64,000 nt of DNA. It comes from Thermodesulfobacteriota bacterium (GTDB taxonomy: Bacteria > Desulfobacterota_D > UBA1144 > Nemesobacterales > Nemesobacteraceae). Positions 46,659 through 55,527 of the stretch are shown here, piece after piece. The DNA is taken from assembly GCA_965243595.1 (NCBI GenBank), contig OZ251569.1:1025177-1089176 (forward strand). Direction: 5' to 3'. Below the pieces are notes generated by a model. That model ran no database searches and was not told the origin of the DNA. It saw nothing but the letters and a program-made list of their open reading frames with translations. Positions within the stretch are counted from its first letter, which is position 1, and each line of letters starts with the position of its first letter. A program made the position numbers and the translations under genes.

Positions 46659-48797
46659 ATGGAATACGGAACGAAGTCATCGGCGGAGAAACCGTCCTCG
46701 GAGCTTGAGAAGCGAATTGCGGTTTCGGTTCGGAAAGATTTTTGCGAAGCGAGTCTCCCGGGCTCTTTATCGTTTTCCGGCGCCGGCGGGTCGGAGTTGT
46801 CCGGTCCGAACGCCCTTCGCGGCGAGGAAGTCGCGGACATGAAAGTCGAAGCGCGGACCGCCCGCGTAATACCCCCCCCCCTCTATTTTAATCTAGAACA
46901 TGCGCGGGCTTTCCCGGGGTTCCTGGCGCGGGTTTTCCTTCTCGTTGTGGTCCTGGCCGCGGGAGTTTCGTATTTCCCGTCCGATGCTTCCGCACAGGAC
47001 AGAGGTGATTATTTACAGGCTCGAGGCGGGGCGGGATTTTACAACAATGTTTTAGGAACTTGGGGGACCTATCGAGCCCGTCCGGGCAGACAGGCCTTCA
47101 GGATGGCATGCGAGGTCCTCGAAGGTTATCAGTTATACACCTTTTACGCCTGTCCCTGGAACGCAAAACCTACAAGTAAAGCCGCCGCCGACAACGTGTC
47201 GGGATGCTCATTTATTGCTTCGGGAATTCGCGGACGAGACTGGTCGCGAGACTTTGACCTGACCCAGGCCATGGTCGACAACGGAGGATTCTATGCAGTG
47301 ATGTATAGACCGTTCTCATTTTTGACCGACATTGCCTTCTGGGTTCCGTTGCATGGTCTGGATGTGAGTCCGAGCGGGGGGCTTTCGCTTGTGGAGGGAG
47401 GAAGCGGGACGTACGAGGTGAAACTCATGAGTTGGCCCTTGCGCTGGAGATGGTCTCCGCATTATGATACTCAGCTGACCAAGACGGACGAGGCCGTCAC
47501 GATACGCGTGGCGAGCAACAACCCGAGCGTCGTGGTCAAGGAGGGAGGGGAACTTAGGTTCGAGGCGAACGACGATAACGACAGGATATGGAGCACGGCG
47601 CAGACGGTGAGGGTGGAGGCTCTTTCCGACGACAACCTGCTTGACGAGAGGGCGACTCTGTCGTTCGAGGTGTCAAGCGACAGCCTTTCGGAGTATTCCT
47701 GGATTGCCGGCGACGACAGGTGGAATGTGAAAGCGAACGTTATGGACGACGACTATCCCGGTCTCGCGATAACCGGGGCGACGGCGTCGGAGAGCGATGA
47801 GGCTCTCGATTTCACGGTGAAGCTGAGCACGACCAGCAGTCGCCGGGTGACGGTGGACTGGACGGTGATTGCGGAGGGAGCGGACGCGGGGACGGCGACG
47901 CCCGGGACGGCTGACAGCGGGGATTACGACTACTGGAGCACGGTGGGAGGGACGCTTGTCTTTTCCGAGGGGTCGCCTCTGACGCGTGTCATATCGGTGC
48001 CGATAAACGACGATTCGGTGTTGGAAGGAGACGAGACGGTGAAGGTGTCTTTGGGAACTCCCAGTCCTGGCGACGTGCGCGTTTCGGGTTCCGGGGTGGC
48101 CACGGGCACCATAGTGGACGACGACGAGAGGACGGTGGTAGGCGCGGCGTCGGGAGAGTTTTCGCAGGGAGAGACCAGGGTGACGGTGGATTCGAGGCTT
48201 CCCGAGGACACGGGGCTCGAGGTGGTTCTGCCTACGGAGCTTGAGCGTGGCGGGGAAGCGATAGGGGGTCTGGTCGTCACCCTGCGGGAGGCTGACGCGG
48301 ACGTGGAGATAGACGATGACCTTTTCGGATACACGGGAGACGACGCGGACCACGTGCTGGTGGATGTGGACGTTTCCCCGGTGCCGGATGCGGCCGTGAG
48401 GATATGCCTTCCGGTGACGGAGGAGCTTCGCATGGCGGCGGGAGAGCGGAGGCTTTACCTGATAAGGTTCTCCGGCGGGACGTGGGAGAGGCTTTCCTCG
48501 ACCGTGGAAGGGGAGATGGTGTGCGCGTCCACGAGCGGATTTTCTCCTTTCGCGGTGGTGTACGAGCGGATGAGCTCGGGAAGCGACGGCCGGACTCCGT
48601 CTTCCCCGAATGAGATGAACTCGGGTACGGGAAGCGGTGGTGGCGGATGCGCGATTTCGGGTGAGAATCGGTTCTCATCGCCGGTGCTGCTGGCGATGCT
48701 GCTGGGGATGTTGCTTATGCCTCTTTTGTTCTTCGGACGCTTTCGAAAGAGAGGTAGACGGTTTCCGCCGGAGAAGCAGGTTGTTCCTCCTCGATAA
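46659..48797 (+). CDS. Surface protein cassette D, intact and in frame through the 10-C tract (phase-ON)
   Basis: 712 aa with the same architecture. Tail GSGGGGCAISGENRFSSPVLLAMLLGMLLMPLLFFGRFRKRGRRFPPEKQVVPPR. Confidence 0.8.
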   Translation: MEYGTKSSAEKPSSELEKRIAVSVRKDFCEASLPGSLSFSGAGGSELSGPNALRGEEVADMKVEARTARVIPPPLYFNLEHARAFPGFLARVFLLVVVLAAGVSYFPSDASAQDRGDYLQARGGAGFYNNVLGTWGTYRARPGRQAFRMACEVLEGYQLYTFYACPWNAKPTSKAAADNVSGCSFIASGIRGRDWSRDFDLTQAMVDNGGFYAVMYRPFSFLTDIAFWVPLHGLDVSPSGGLSLVEGGSGTYEVKLMSWPLRWRWSPHYDTQLTKTDEAVTIRVASNNPSVVVKEGGELRFEANDDNDRIWSTAQTVRVEALSDDNLLDERATLSFEVSSDSLSEYSWIAGDDRWNVKANVMDDDYPGLAITGATASESDEALDFTVKLSTTSSRRVTVDWTVIAEGADAGTATPGTADSGDYDYWSTVGGTLVFSEGSPLTRVISVPINDDSVLEGDETVKVSLGTPSPGDVRVSGSGVATGTIVDDDERTVVGAASGEFSQGETRVTVDSRLPEDTGLEVVLPTELERGGEAIGGLVVTLREADADVEIDDDLFGYTGDDADHVLVDVDVSPVPDAAVRICLPVTEELRMAAGERRLYLIRFSGGTWERLSSTVEGEMVCASTSGFSPFAVVYERMSSGSDGRTPSSPNEMNSGTGSGGGGCAISGENRFSSPVLLAMLLGMLLMPLLFFGRFRKRGRRFPPEKQVVPPR

Positions 48798-48966
48798 GGT
48801 CTTCTCTCTGCGGTAAATCACGTTTTCGGACCTCCGAAGCCGGGAATTTGCGCGGGTGCCCCTGGATAACGGCTTTGCCTAATGCTTTGCGGAAAAAACC
48901 TGACCTTCACGGTTCCGGGATTCAAAAAATTTTTTCCTGTGGCATAATTGTAAGCTGAACGTTACT

Positions 48967-49038
48967 GCCGATGTAGCTCAGCGGTAGAGCAGCTCACTCG
49001 TAATGAGCAGGTCAGGGGTTCAAATCCCCTCGTCGGCT
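48967..49038 (+). tRNA. tRNA-Thr (anticodon CGU)
   Basis: Manual fold: acceptor GCCGATG/CGTCGGC, D arm GCTC-AGCGGTA-GAGC, anticodon stem GCTCA/TGAGC with loop CTCGTAA, T arm AGGGG-TTCAAAT-CCCCT. No encoded CCA. Confidence 0.85.
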
Positions 49039-49049
49039 GTAATGTTTCC

Positions 49050-50291
49050 TTACCGGAAGATTTTCGAGAAGTATTCCCTGAATTTTCCGCTCGTCAGGCT
49101 GGTGTGTCTCGAGAGGTTTCTCAGGTTCCTGGCGTTTTCCAGGTCCTCGGGAGTTATCTTGATCATGTATTTCTGCGAAACCTCGTAGGCCTCGGTGTTC
49201 GTGTCGACGTACCTTACCTTCATGCTGTTCGTTTTCCTGTCGACGAGTCTCGAGAAAGGAGTCGCCTGCATTTTTCCCCTCTTCAGGTACACGAGCGCCC
49301 CGTCGCCTCCGCCGAGCAGGTACTTGACCGCGCAGTAGCCGAGCTTGCGCGTGTAGTCCACGTCGAACGGAATTGGGTCGGCCGAGCGAAGCTCGTAGCC
49401 TATCCTCTTGTGCACGATTTCCGCGCCCACGCCTTTTTCCGAGAGCTTCTCGCCGAGGGTCTCCTTGAGAAGGTGTCCGAAGTTCGTGTCCAGATACCTT
49501 ATTCTTCCCATGTTGTCCCTGTCCATGATTCCGAGATCCCCGGGGTTTATCTTGTCGAGCATCCCCTCGGCCATTACGGCCACTCCGTATTCCCTTCCCA
49601 TGCTCATTCTCTTGATTACCGAGCCCTCGAGAATCGCTATGACCTTCGCGAGAGACACCTTCTTCTCCCGAAACTCCTCGGGTATCACCGTGATGGTGGC
49701 TCCGGAGGACTGCCCGATTCCCAGGGCCAGATGCCCCGTTCTCCTGCCCATGGTTATGACCACGAACCACCTGCCGGTCGTCTTCGCCTCTTCCATTATG
49801 TGGTTTATTATCTTCGCCCCCACGTCCCTGGCGGTCTCGAAGCCGAAGGTGGGTATGTAGTCGGGAAGGGCTATGTTGTTGTCTATGGTTTTCGGGACGT
49901 GCGCTATCTTCACTTTTCCCCCGAAATGCTCGTGAAGGGTTCTGGCCAGGAACATCGTTCCGTCTCCCCCTATGGTTATCAGTCCCCCTATGCCGAGTTT
50001 CCCGATCGAGGAAACGGTGTTGGCGAAGCTCTCCTCGTCCGCGAGGGGGCTTTTTCTGGATATTCCGATAACGGAACCGCCGTCGGTGTGAATCCTGGAG
50101 GTGTTCTGAATGTCGAGGTCGACCGTTTTCGACGTGTCTCCGGCGGAAATCCACTTGAAGCCGTCGAGAATGCCCACCACCTTTCTGCCCCTGTTTCTGG
50201 CCTCTATGGTGGCCGAGCTTATGACCCCGTTTATTCCCGGCGCCGGTCCTCCGGCCGCTATGATTCCGATCTTGTCGGCTTTTTCAGCCAT
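49050..50291 (-). CDS. 6-phosphofructokinase; its length suggests the PPi-dependent type
   Basis: GIIAAGGPAPGINGVI and TIGGDGT motifs; 413 aa from the MAEKADK ATG. Confidence 0.85.
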   Translation of the reverse strand: MAEKADKIGIIAAGGPAPGINGVISSATIEARNRGRKVVGILDGFKWISAGDTSKTVDLDIQNTSRIHTDGGSVIGISRKSPLADEESFANTVSSIGKLGIGGLITIGGDGTMFLARTLHEHFGGKVKIAHVPKTIDNNIALPDYIPTFGFETARDVGAKIINHIMEEAKTTGRWFVVITMGRRTGHLALGIGQSSGATITVIPEEFREKKVSLAKVIAILEGSVIKRMSMGREYGVAVMAEGMLDKINPGDLGIMDRDNMGRIRYLDTNFGHLLKETLGEKLSEKGVGAEIVHKRIGYELRSADPIPFDVDYTRKLGYCAVKYLLGGGDGALVYLKRGKMQATPFSRLVDRKTNSMKVRYVDTNTEAYEVSQKYMIKITPEDLENARNLRNLSRHTSLTSGKFREYFSKIFR

Positions 50292-50982
50292 TCTGCCTCT
50301 CCGCCCTGTATTTTCTGCGGCGGTAGGCTTCGGTGCGCACGTAGCTGCCCGCGAAAGCGAGACCGCCCGCCAGCCCCCCGATATGAGCCCAGAACGCCAC
50401 TCCTCCCGTGCCGCCAATATAACCGATTCCGCCGAGGAACTGAAAGACGAACCAGACCATTACGAACAGGTATGCCTTTATGCGGACGAACTGCAAGACG
50501 ATCAGGACCACGAGAAGCGTGAGTATGTTCGACCTCGGGAAAAAGAGCATGTACGCCCCCAGCACTCCGGAGATCGCCCCGCTCGCGCCTATCGTCGGGA
50601 TTTCGGAGTGAATGTTGAGAAGCGTGTGCAGAAAAGCCGTGGCGAGCCCGCAGGTCAGGTAGAAAAGCAGGTATCCGAAATGGCCCAGCCTGTCCTCGAC
50701 GCCCCTTCCGAATATGTGCAGAAAGATCATGTTTCCGCCCGCGTGCAGCCAGCCTCCGTGAACGAACATCGAGGCGAAAAACACCGACGTTCTCTCAAGC
50801 GTCCCGTAGGCGTCCGGGGGAAACACCCTGCGGGGGACTAGACCGTACTTGCCGTGGAAGACCTCGAGCGCCGCTCCGTCGAGAGAAAGCGCGTAGGCGA
50901 ACGCTAGCAGGTTCGCGGCGATGAGCGCGTAGTTCACGTAAGGGGCGGTGGCGGTTTTTATTGTGCTTCTAATCGGTATCAT
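50284..50982 (-). CDS. Rhomboid-family intramembrane serine protease (candidate rhombosortase-like processing enzyme)
   Basis: About six transmembrane helices. Catalytic Ser in GASGAISGVLGAY and catalytic His in FWAHIGGLAGG. Conserved FVHGGWLHAGGNMIFL loop-1/TM2 region. The ORF maximum extends to 51090; the start is set at MIPIRS. Confidence 0.75.
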   Translation of the reverse strand: MIPIRSTIKTATAPYVNYALIAANLLAFAYALSLDGAALEVFHGKYGLVPRRVFPPDAYGTLERTSVFFASMFVHGGWLHAGGNMIFLHIFGRGVEDRLGHFGYLLFYLTCGLATAFLHTLLNIHSEIPTIGASGAISGVLGAYMLFFPRSNILTLLVVLIVLQFVRIKAYLFVMVWFVFQFLGGIGYIGGTGGVAFWAHIGGLAGGLAFAGSYVRTEAYRRRKYRAERQNG

Positions 50983-51540
50983 TATCCCGCCAATTATACT
51001 TGAGCCGCGGAAGCGGAAGTACCCGCCCGGGAGTCGAAGAGAGTTGAAAAAGCCCTTGCAGGACGACCTGACCAGGATAAGAACGGACATGAGGAGAAGC
51101 TTCGCGAAAGTTTCTCTCCTCGCGGTGAACGCCGGGCTGTTTGCCGAACCCTGCGCCGAAACGCTCGAAATCCCGGGGAATCTTTCCCCCGAAGAACTTC
51201 TCCGCGAGCTTTCCCGGCTGGGCGTCGGGGTCGTCTTCTACGGCCGGGAGGCTTCCGCCCGCGGGTTTCTTCGCGGGCTTCGGGGAGCGGTAGAGGAAAA
51301 CCGCCATACGGTTCTCGACGAGCCGCGCCCCGGGCGGGACGTCCGGGGAGATGGACCCTGCGCGCTGGTCGGCTGCGAGAAGTCCGACGTCGGTCTTCTC
51401 CGTCCCGGGATCTTTTCCGTCGCTTCCCGAAGCGCGGACCTGTCCCTGAAAATGGTTTCCGACTACGTGTCCAATTTCGACGGGGAGTCCGTCTTCGTGG
51501 AAGTGGGAAACCTGGTGGTCGACTCCAGGAGGGAAGCGCG

Positions 51541-52695
51541 GTGAGCGGTCCCGCGAATACGCCCGCGGAGCTTTCCGCTCTCGTCAGAAACTACGCGCTC
51601 GGGCTGGGCTTCGACCTTGTGGGCATAGGTCCCGCGACGGGCGGTGGAGAAGAGAGCGAACTTTTCGAAAAGTGGATAGACCGCGGTTACGCGGGGGAGA
51701 TGAAGTACCTGGAAAGAGGTCTGCCTTCCAGAAAGGAGATGGGCAGGATACTTCGGGGCGCGAGGTCGATCGTGTCGTGCGCCCTTAACTACAACACCGA
51801 GAATCCCCGTTCCACCGAGGTCCGCGGGGACGGGCGGGGCTGGATATCCAGGTACGCGTGGGGGGACGACTACCACGACGTGATGGACGCGATGCTCGGC
51901 GAGCTCGCCCGCTACATAAAGGATGTTTCCCCGAAAGACGCGGCCGCCAGAACGTACGTCGACACGGGGCCGGTTCTGGAAAAGGCCCACGCCGGCCGCT
52001 CGGGAGTGGGCTGGCTCGGCAAAAACACCTGCCTCATAAACCAGCGGGCGGGTTCCTGGCTTTTCCTGGGCGAGGTGATAACCGACGTCGAGCTTGAATT
52101 CGACGCTCCCGCGGCGGACCGCTGCGGCACCTGCACGAGATGCATCGACGCCTGCCCCACCGGGGCCATAGTGGAGCCCTACATGCTCGACGCCAGAAAA
52201 TGCGTTTCCTATCTCACCATAGAGCTCAAGGGAAACATCCCGCGCGAACTCAGGGAGGGGATGGAGAACAACGTTTTCGGCTGCGACGTGTGCCAGGACG
52301 TCTGTCCCTGGAACCGCGACGCCCTTTTCACGCCGAAGGAGAGCTTCCTGCCCCGCCGGGGGCTCGTGGCCCCGGAACTCGGGAGGCTCATGGAGCTTTC
52401 CCAGGAGGATTTCTCGGAGGTTTTCAGAAAAAGTCCTGTAAAGAGGGCGAAGAGAAGGGGATTTATCAGAAATGTTCTCGTGGCTGTTGGAAATTCGGGA
52501 AATAGAAAGTATATAGAATACGTGCGCGCCTTGCTGGAAGACGAGGAGCCGCTTGTGAGGGCTCACGCGGTCTGGGCGCTTCGGAAGCTGGAAGGCCGGG
52601 AATGTCTCGGCGAACTCGCCGAGCTTCTCGAGACCGAGACCGACTCCGGGGTGGCCGAGGAGATTCGTCTCGCCATGGACGGCGCGCAGGACTGA
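51541..52695 (+). CDS. queG: Epoxyqueuosine reductase
   Basis: CGTCTRCIDACPTGAI ferredoxin-type cluster motif, CDVCQDVCPWN, and C-terminal HEAT-like repeats. Confidence 0.9.
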   Translation: MSGPANTPAELSALVRNYALGLGFDLVGIGPATGGGEESELFEKWIDRGYAGEMKYLERGLPSRKEMGRILRGARSIVSCALNYNTENPRSTEVRGDGRGWISRYAWGDDYHDVMDAMLGELARYIKDVSPKDAAARTYVDTGPVLEKAHAGRSGVGWLGKNTCLINQRAGSWLFLGEVITDVELEFDAPAADRCGTCTRCIDACPTGAIVEPYMLDARKCVSYLTIELKGNIPRELREGMENNVFGCDVCQDVCPWNRDALFTPKESFLPRRGLVAPELGRLMELSQEDFSEVFRKSPVKRAKRRGFIRNVLVAVGNSGNRKYIEYVRALLEDEEPLVRAHAVWALRKLEGRECLGELAELLETETDSGVAEEIRLAMDGAQD

Positions 52696-52707
52696 GGACG
52701 GTTTCTT

Positions 52708-53139
52708 ATGAGCGACGACGCGAAGGTGAAAGAGCAGGTGATGAAGGCCAACAGGAAGTTCTACGAAGCCCGCAACCGTTACGACGTCGACCTCATAGAG
52801 GGAATCTGGCTCAACGACGGACGCGCGAAGTGCGTGCACGCCGGCTGGCCCATCATTCAGGGGTGGGAGGCCATAAAGGAGAGCTGGAGGACCATCTTCG
52901 AGGCGAGCGGGTTCAGCCGCGTCGACGTTTCGGATTTCTTCGTCGACGCGAGGGAGGATTCCGCCTGGCTCAACTGCATCGAAAGGTCCACTTACGCGAT
53001 GGACGACCGCAGGGTCGTGGTGCTCGCCCAGGCGACCAACATATTCGAGCTCGCCGACGGAAAATGGCGCGTGGCGCTCCACCACGCTTCCCTCATGCCT
53101 ATTCCGAGAAAGGAGATCGACTACGAGAGTCTTCAGTGA
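52708..53139 (+). CDS. NTF2-like / SnoaL-like small protein
   Basis: 143 aa. The alpha+beta cone pattern (W..D....C.H.G...I.GW.AI..SW) is typical of NTF2-like/DUF4440 proteins. Confidence 0.5.
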   Translation: MSDDAKVKEQVMKANRKFYEARNRYDVDLIEGIWLNDGRAKCVHAGWPIIQGWEAIKESWRTIFEASGFSRVDVSDFFVDAREDSAWLNCIERSTYAMDDRRVVVLAQATNIFELADGKWRVALHHASLMPIPRKEIDYESLQ

Positions 53140-54133
53140 GAAGCCCGAGCCTTCGGGCGATCTCGCCGACGAGCTCCCGCAGGCCTTCTCCGGTGAGGGC
53201 CGATACGGCTAGGGTCTCCACGTTTCTTTCTCCGAGCCGCCTCGCGGTTTCCTCGGCTCTTCGCTCCCCCCGCCCGACGTCGGTTTTGTTGAGCGCCACG
53301 AGCTGGGGTTTTTCGGCCAGAAGTTCCGAGTGCGCCGCAAGCTCCGAATTCATCCTCTCGTAGTCTTCCACCGGGTCCCGCCCCGGCGGGGAGTCGAGGT
53401 CGAGCACGTGAACCAGAATACGGGTCCGCTCTACGTGTCTTAGAAACCGCAGTCCCAACCCCGCTCCCCCGTGCGCCCCCTCGATTATTCCCGGGATGTC
53501 CGCCACCACGAACGGCTCGTCGTCTCCGCGGTTCACGACCCCCAGGTTGGGAGAGAGGGTGGTGAACGGGTAGGGGGCGATTTTCGGCCTGGCCGCGGAG
53601 ATTTTCGATACGAGGGTCGATTTTCCCGCGTTCGGAAATCCTAGGATTCCGACGTCGGCCAGGATCTTGAGTTCGAGGTTCACTTCCAGCGTCTCTCCCT
53701 CCTCGCCGCTCTCGGCCCTCCTGGGCGCCCGGTCGGTCGGCGAGACGAACCGCGAATTTCCCCGCCCGCCCCGCCCGCCCCTCGCGACCGTGAAGCGTTG
53801 CCCGGGTTCCGTCAGGTCGGCCGCATCCCCGTCCCCGCCCGTTCTTATCACCGTCCCGGGGGGAACTGGTATGACCAGGGTTCCGCCCGCTTTTCCGTGC
53901 CGGTTCTTTCCCCTTCCGGGTTCCCCGTTTTTCGCGCGGTAGAGCTTTCTGTACCTGTAGTCCAGAAGGGAGGACATGCCGGCGCGGGCCTCTATCGCCA
54001 CGTCGCCCCCGTCGCCCCCGTCGCCCCCGTTCGGACCTCCCTTGGGAACGAACTTCTCCCTTCTGAAGCTCGCGCATCCGTCGCCGCCGTTTCCCGCCGC
54101 GACGGTTATTGTGGCCTCGTCTATGAATTGCAT
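53099..54133 (-). CDS. obg: GTPase Obg/CgtA
   Basis: Glycine-rich Obg fold domain (GGDGGDGGDV), G1 GFPNAGKSTL, and G4 NKTD. Confidence 0.95.
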   Translation of the reverse strand: MQFIDEATITVAAGNGGDGCASFRREKFVPKGGPNGGDGGDGGDVAIEARAGMSSLLDYRYRKLYRAKNGEPGRGKNRHGKAGGTLVIPVPPGTVIRTGGDGDAADLTEPGQRFTVARGGRGGRGNSRFVSPTDRAPRRAESGEEGETLEVNLELKILADVGILGFPNAGKSTLVSKISAARPKIAPYPFTTLSPNLGVVNRGDDEPFVVADIPGIIEGAHGGAGLGLRFLRHVERTRILVHVLDLDSPPGRDPVEDYERMNSELAAHSELLAEKPQLVALNKTDVGRGERRAEETARRLGERNVETLAVSALTGEGLRELVGEIARRLGLLTEDSRSRSPFSE

Positions 54134-54203
54134 CTCGGTGCGGACGGGCGGACGGAGAGCGTCGGCGGAGGGCCCGGCGGACGGCCCTCGGGTTTTTCCG
54201 AAG

Positions 54204-54626
54204 CTACGACCGCAGCTGCTTCTGGTGTTCGGCCATGTCCTCTTTCACGTTCCCCGTTATTCCTTCCCAGTATCTCCACCAGTAGGATTGCGGTTCGTGG
54301 TTGGCCTTCTGCTGCTCCGCCCAGACGAGGGCCTGCAGGTGGTCTCCGTGATAGAGAACGAGCTTTTTCGCCGCGTCGGCCACTTCCTTGTCGTCTACGG
54401 GAATCTTGTCGAGCTCCGCGTCGAAAACCGCCTTTATCTCCTTTACGAAGGGAGCGGCTTCGGAGCAGATGTCCCTTATTCTTTCCGCGGGAGTCACGAC
54501 GTCTCCCGGAAACGATTCCTTGATGTTCTTCATCAGGTCCACGAAGTCCATGAGGTTGTCGAGGGAGTTCTGGACCTTCTTCACTTCCTTGAGACATCCC
54601 GAGAGTTCCTTTGGGTCTAAAGACAC
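54204..54626 (-). CDS. Hypothetical helical protein
   Basis: 140-aa ORF with protein-like composition. No recognisable motif. Confidence 0.4.
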   Translation of the reverse strand: MSLDPKELSGCLKEVKKVQNSLDNLMDFVDLMKNIKESFPGDVVTPAERIRDICSEAAPFVKEIKAVFDAELDKIPVDDKEVADAAKKLVLYHGDHLQALVWAEQQKANHEPQSYWWRYWEGITGNVKEDMAEHQKQLRS

Positions 54627-54698
54627 CGGTGCGTCCTCCTTGCTTGCGCTTGCGCCCGCGCCCCGCGCGCGGCCGTCCGTAACCGTGATTCTACCATA

Positions 54699-55526
54699 TC
54701 AGGGCCCGTTTGACCTGTAGACGACGAGTCCGGGTCTTTTCTTCACGTAGACCGCGAGGTCCTCGTCGAGCACCCTGCGGTGTCTAGAAGAGGCGTGGCG
54801 CAGGTAGAGCTTTCCGTTTTTCCTGACCGCGATTCCCGTGTGGGAAACGTCCAGTCCGTCCTCCTCCGAGTAGATTCCGAGGTAGTCTCCTGTGCGCACC
54901 GCGTCCAGCGTCTCCGGCCCGAGACGTTCCGACGGAATGTAGCTCACATCCCTCTCGACGACGTCTATTCCCGCAAGCCAGAGCGAACCGTCCGCCTTCC
55001 TGTTGAGTTTCTTTTTCTCCGTAACCGCGAGCTTCCCCCCGATTTCCACGGTGGCGTCGCGGGCGTTTTTCCCTTCTCCGCTCGCCCAGTCCGAAAAGAA
55101 ATGCCTTCTCCTCTCCCACCGCACCGCCGCGTCCTTGTATCTCACCGCGGCGAGATTCCCGAGGAATTCCGCGAAACCGCGCGACCGTCTCATCGATTCC
55201 ACGTAGTCGATGTAGGTGAAGCAGTCGAGACCCGAGAGATTCACGGTCAGGACCTCCCTTGTCTCCGCGGATCCCCCGAGGGTGTTCTCCGCGTAGGGAG
55301 TCCCGAGAAACTTCTCCGAGAGAAATTCGATCTTCGCCCCGGGGTCCCGTATCTCGCCCGCTCTCTCCATCGCGGCTTCCGCCCGCTGCCGGGTCCAGTC
55401 GCCGAGGATGATTTCCTCCTCGTACGCCGCCGGGGTGTCCGCGTGGAGGACCGAGAGGAGAAGCTTCGCCGAAACGACCGCGACCGCGGCCAGAAACAGA
55501 ATTCTTGCGACCCTATTCGTCTTCAT
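54699..55526 (-). CDS. Secreted hypothetical protein (DUF1460 / amidase-like)
   Basis: N-terminal signal peptide MKTNRVARILFLAAVAVVSA. A weak resemblance to DUF1460 is my impression only. Confidence 0.35.
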   Translation of the reverse strand: MKTNRVARILFLAAVAVVSAKLLLSVLHADTPAAYEEEIILGDWTRQRAEAAMERAGEIRDPGAKIEFLSEKFLGTPYAENTLGGSAETREVLTVNLSGLDCFTYIDYVESMRRSRGFAEFLGNLAAVRYKDAAVRWERRRHFFSDWASGEGKNARDATVEIGGKLAVTEKKKLNRKADGSLWLAGIDVVERDVSYIPSERLGPETLDAVRTGDYLGIYSEEDGLDVSHTGIAVRKNGKLYLRHASSRHRRVLDEDLAVYVKKRPGLVVYRSNGP

Positions 55527-55527
55527 T

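Noticed and set aside
38882-48797. Diversity-generating retroelement as the source of cassette tip variability
   Set aside because: No reverse transcriptase and no template-repeat/variable-repeat pair with adenine-specific differences are visible in the window.
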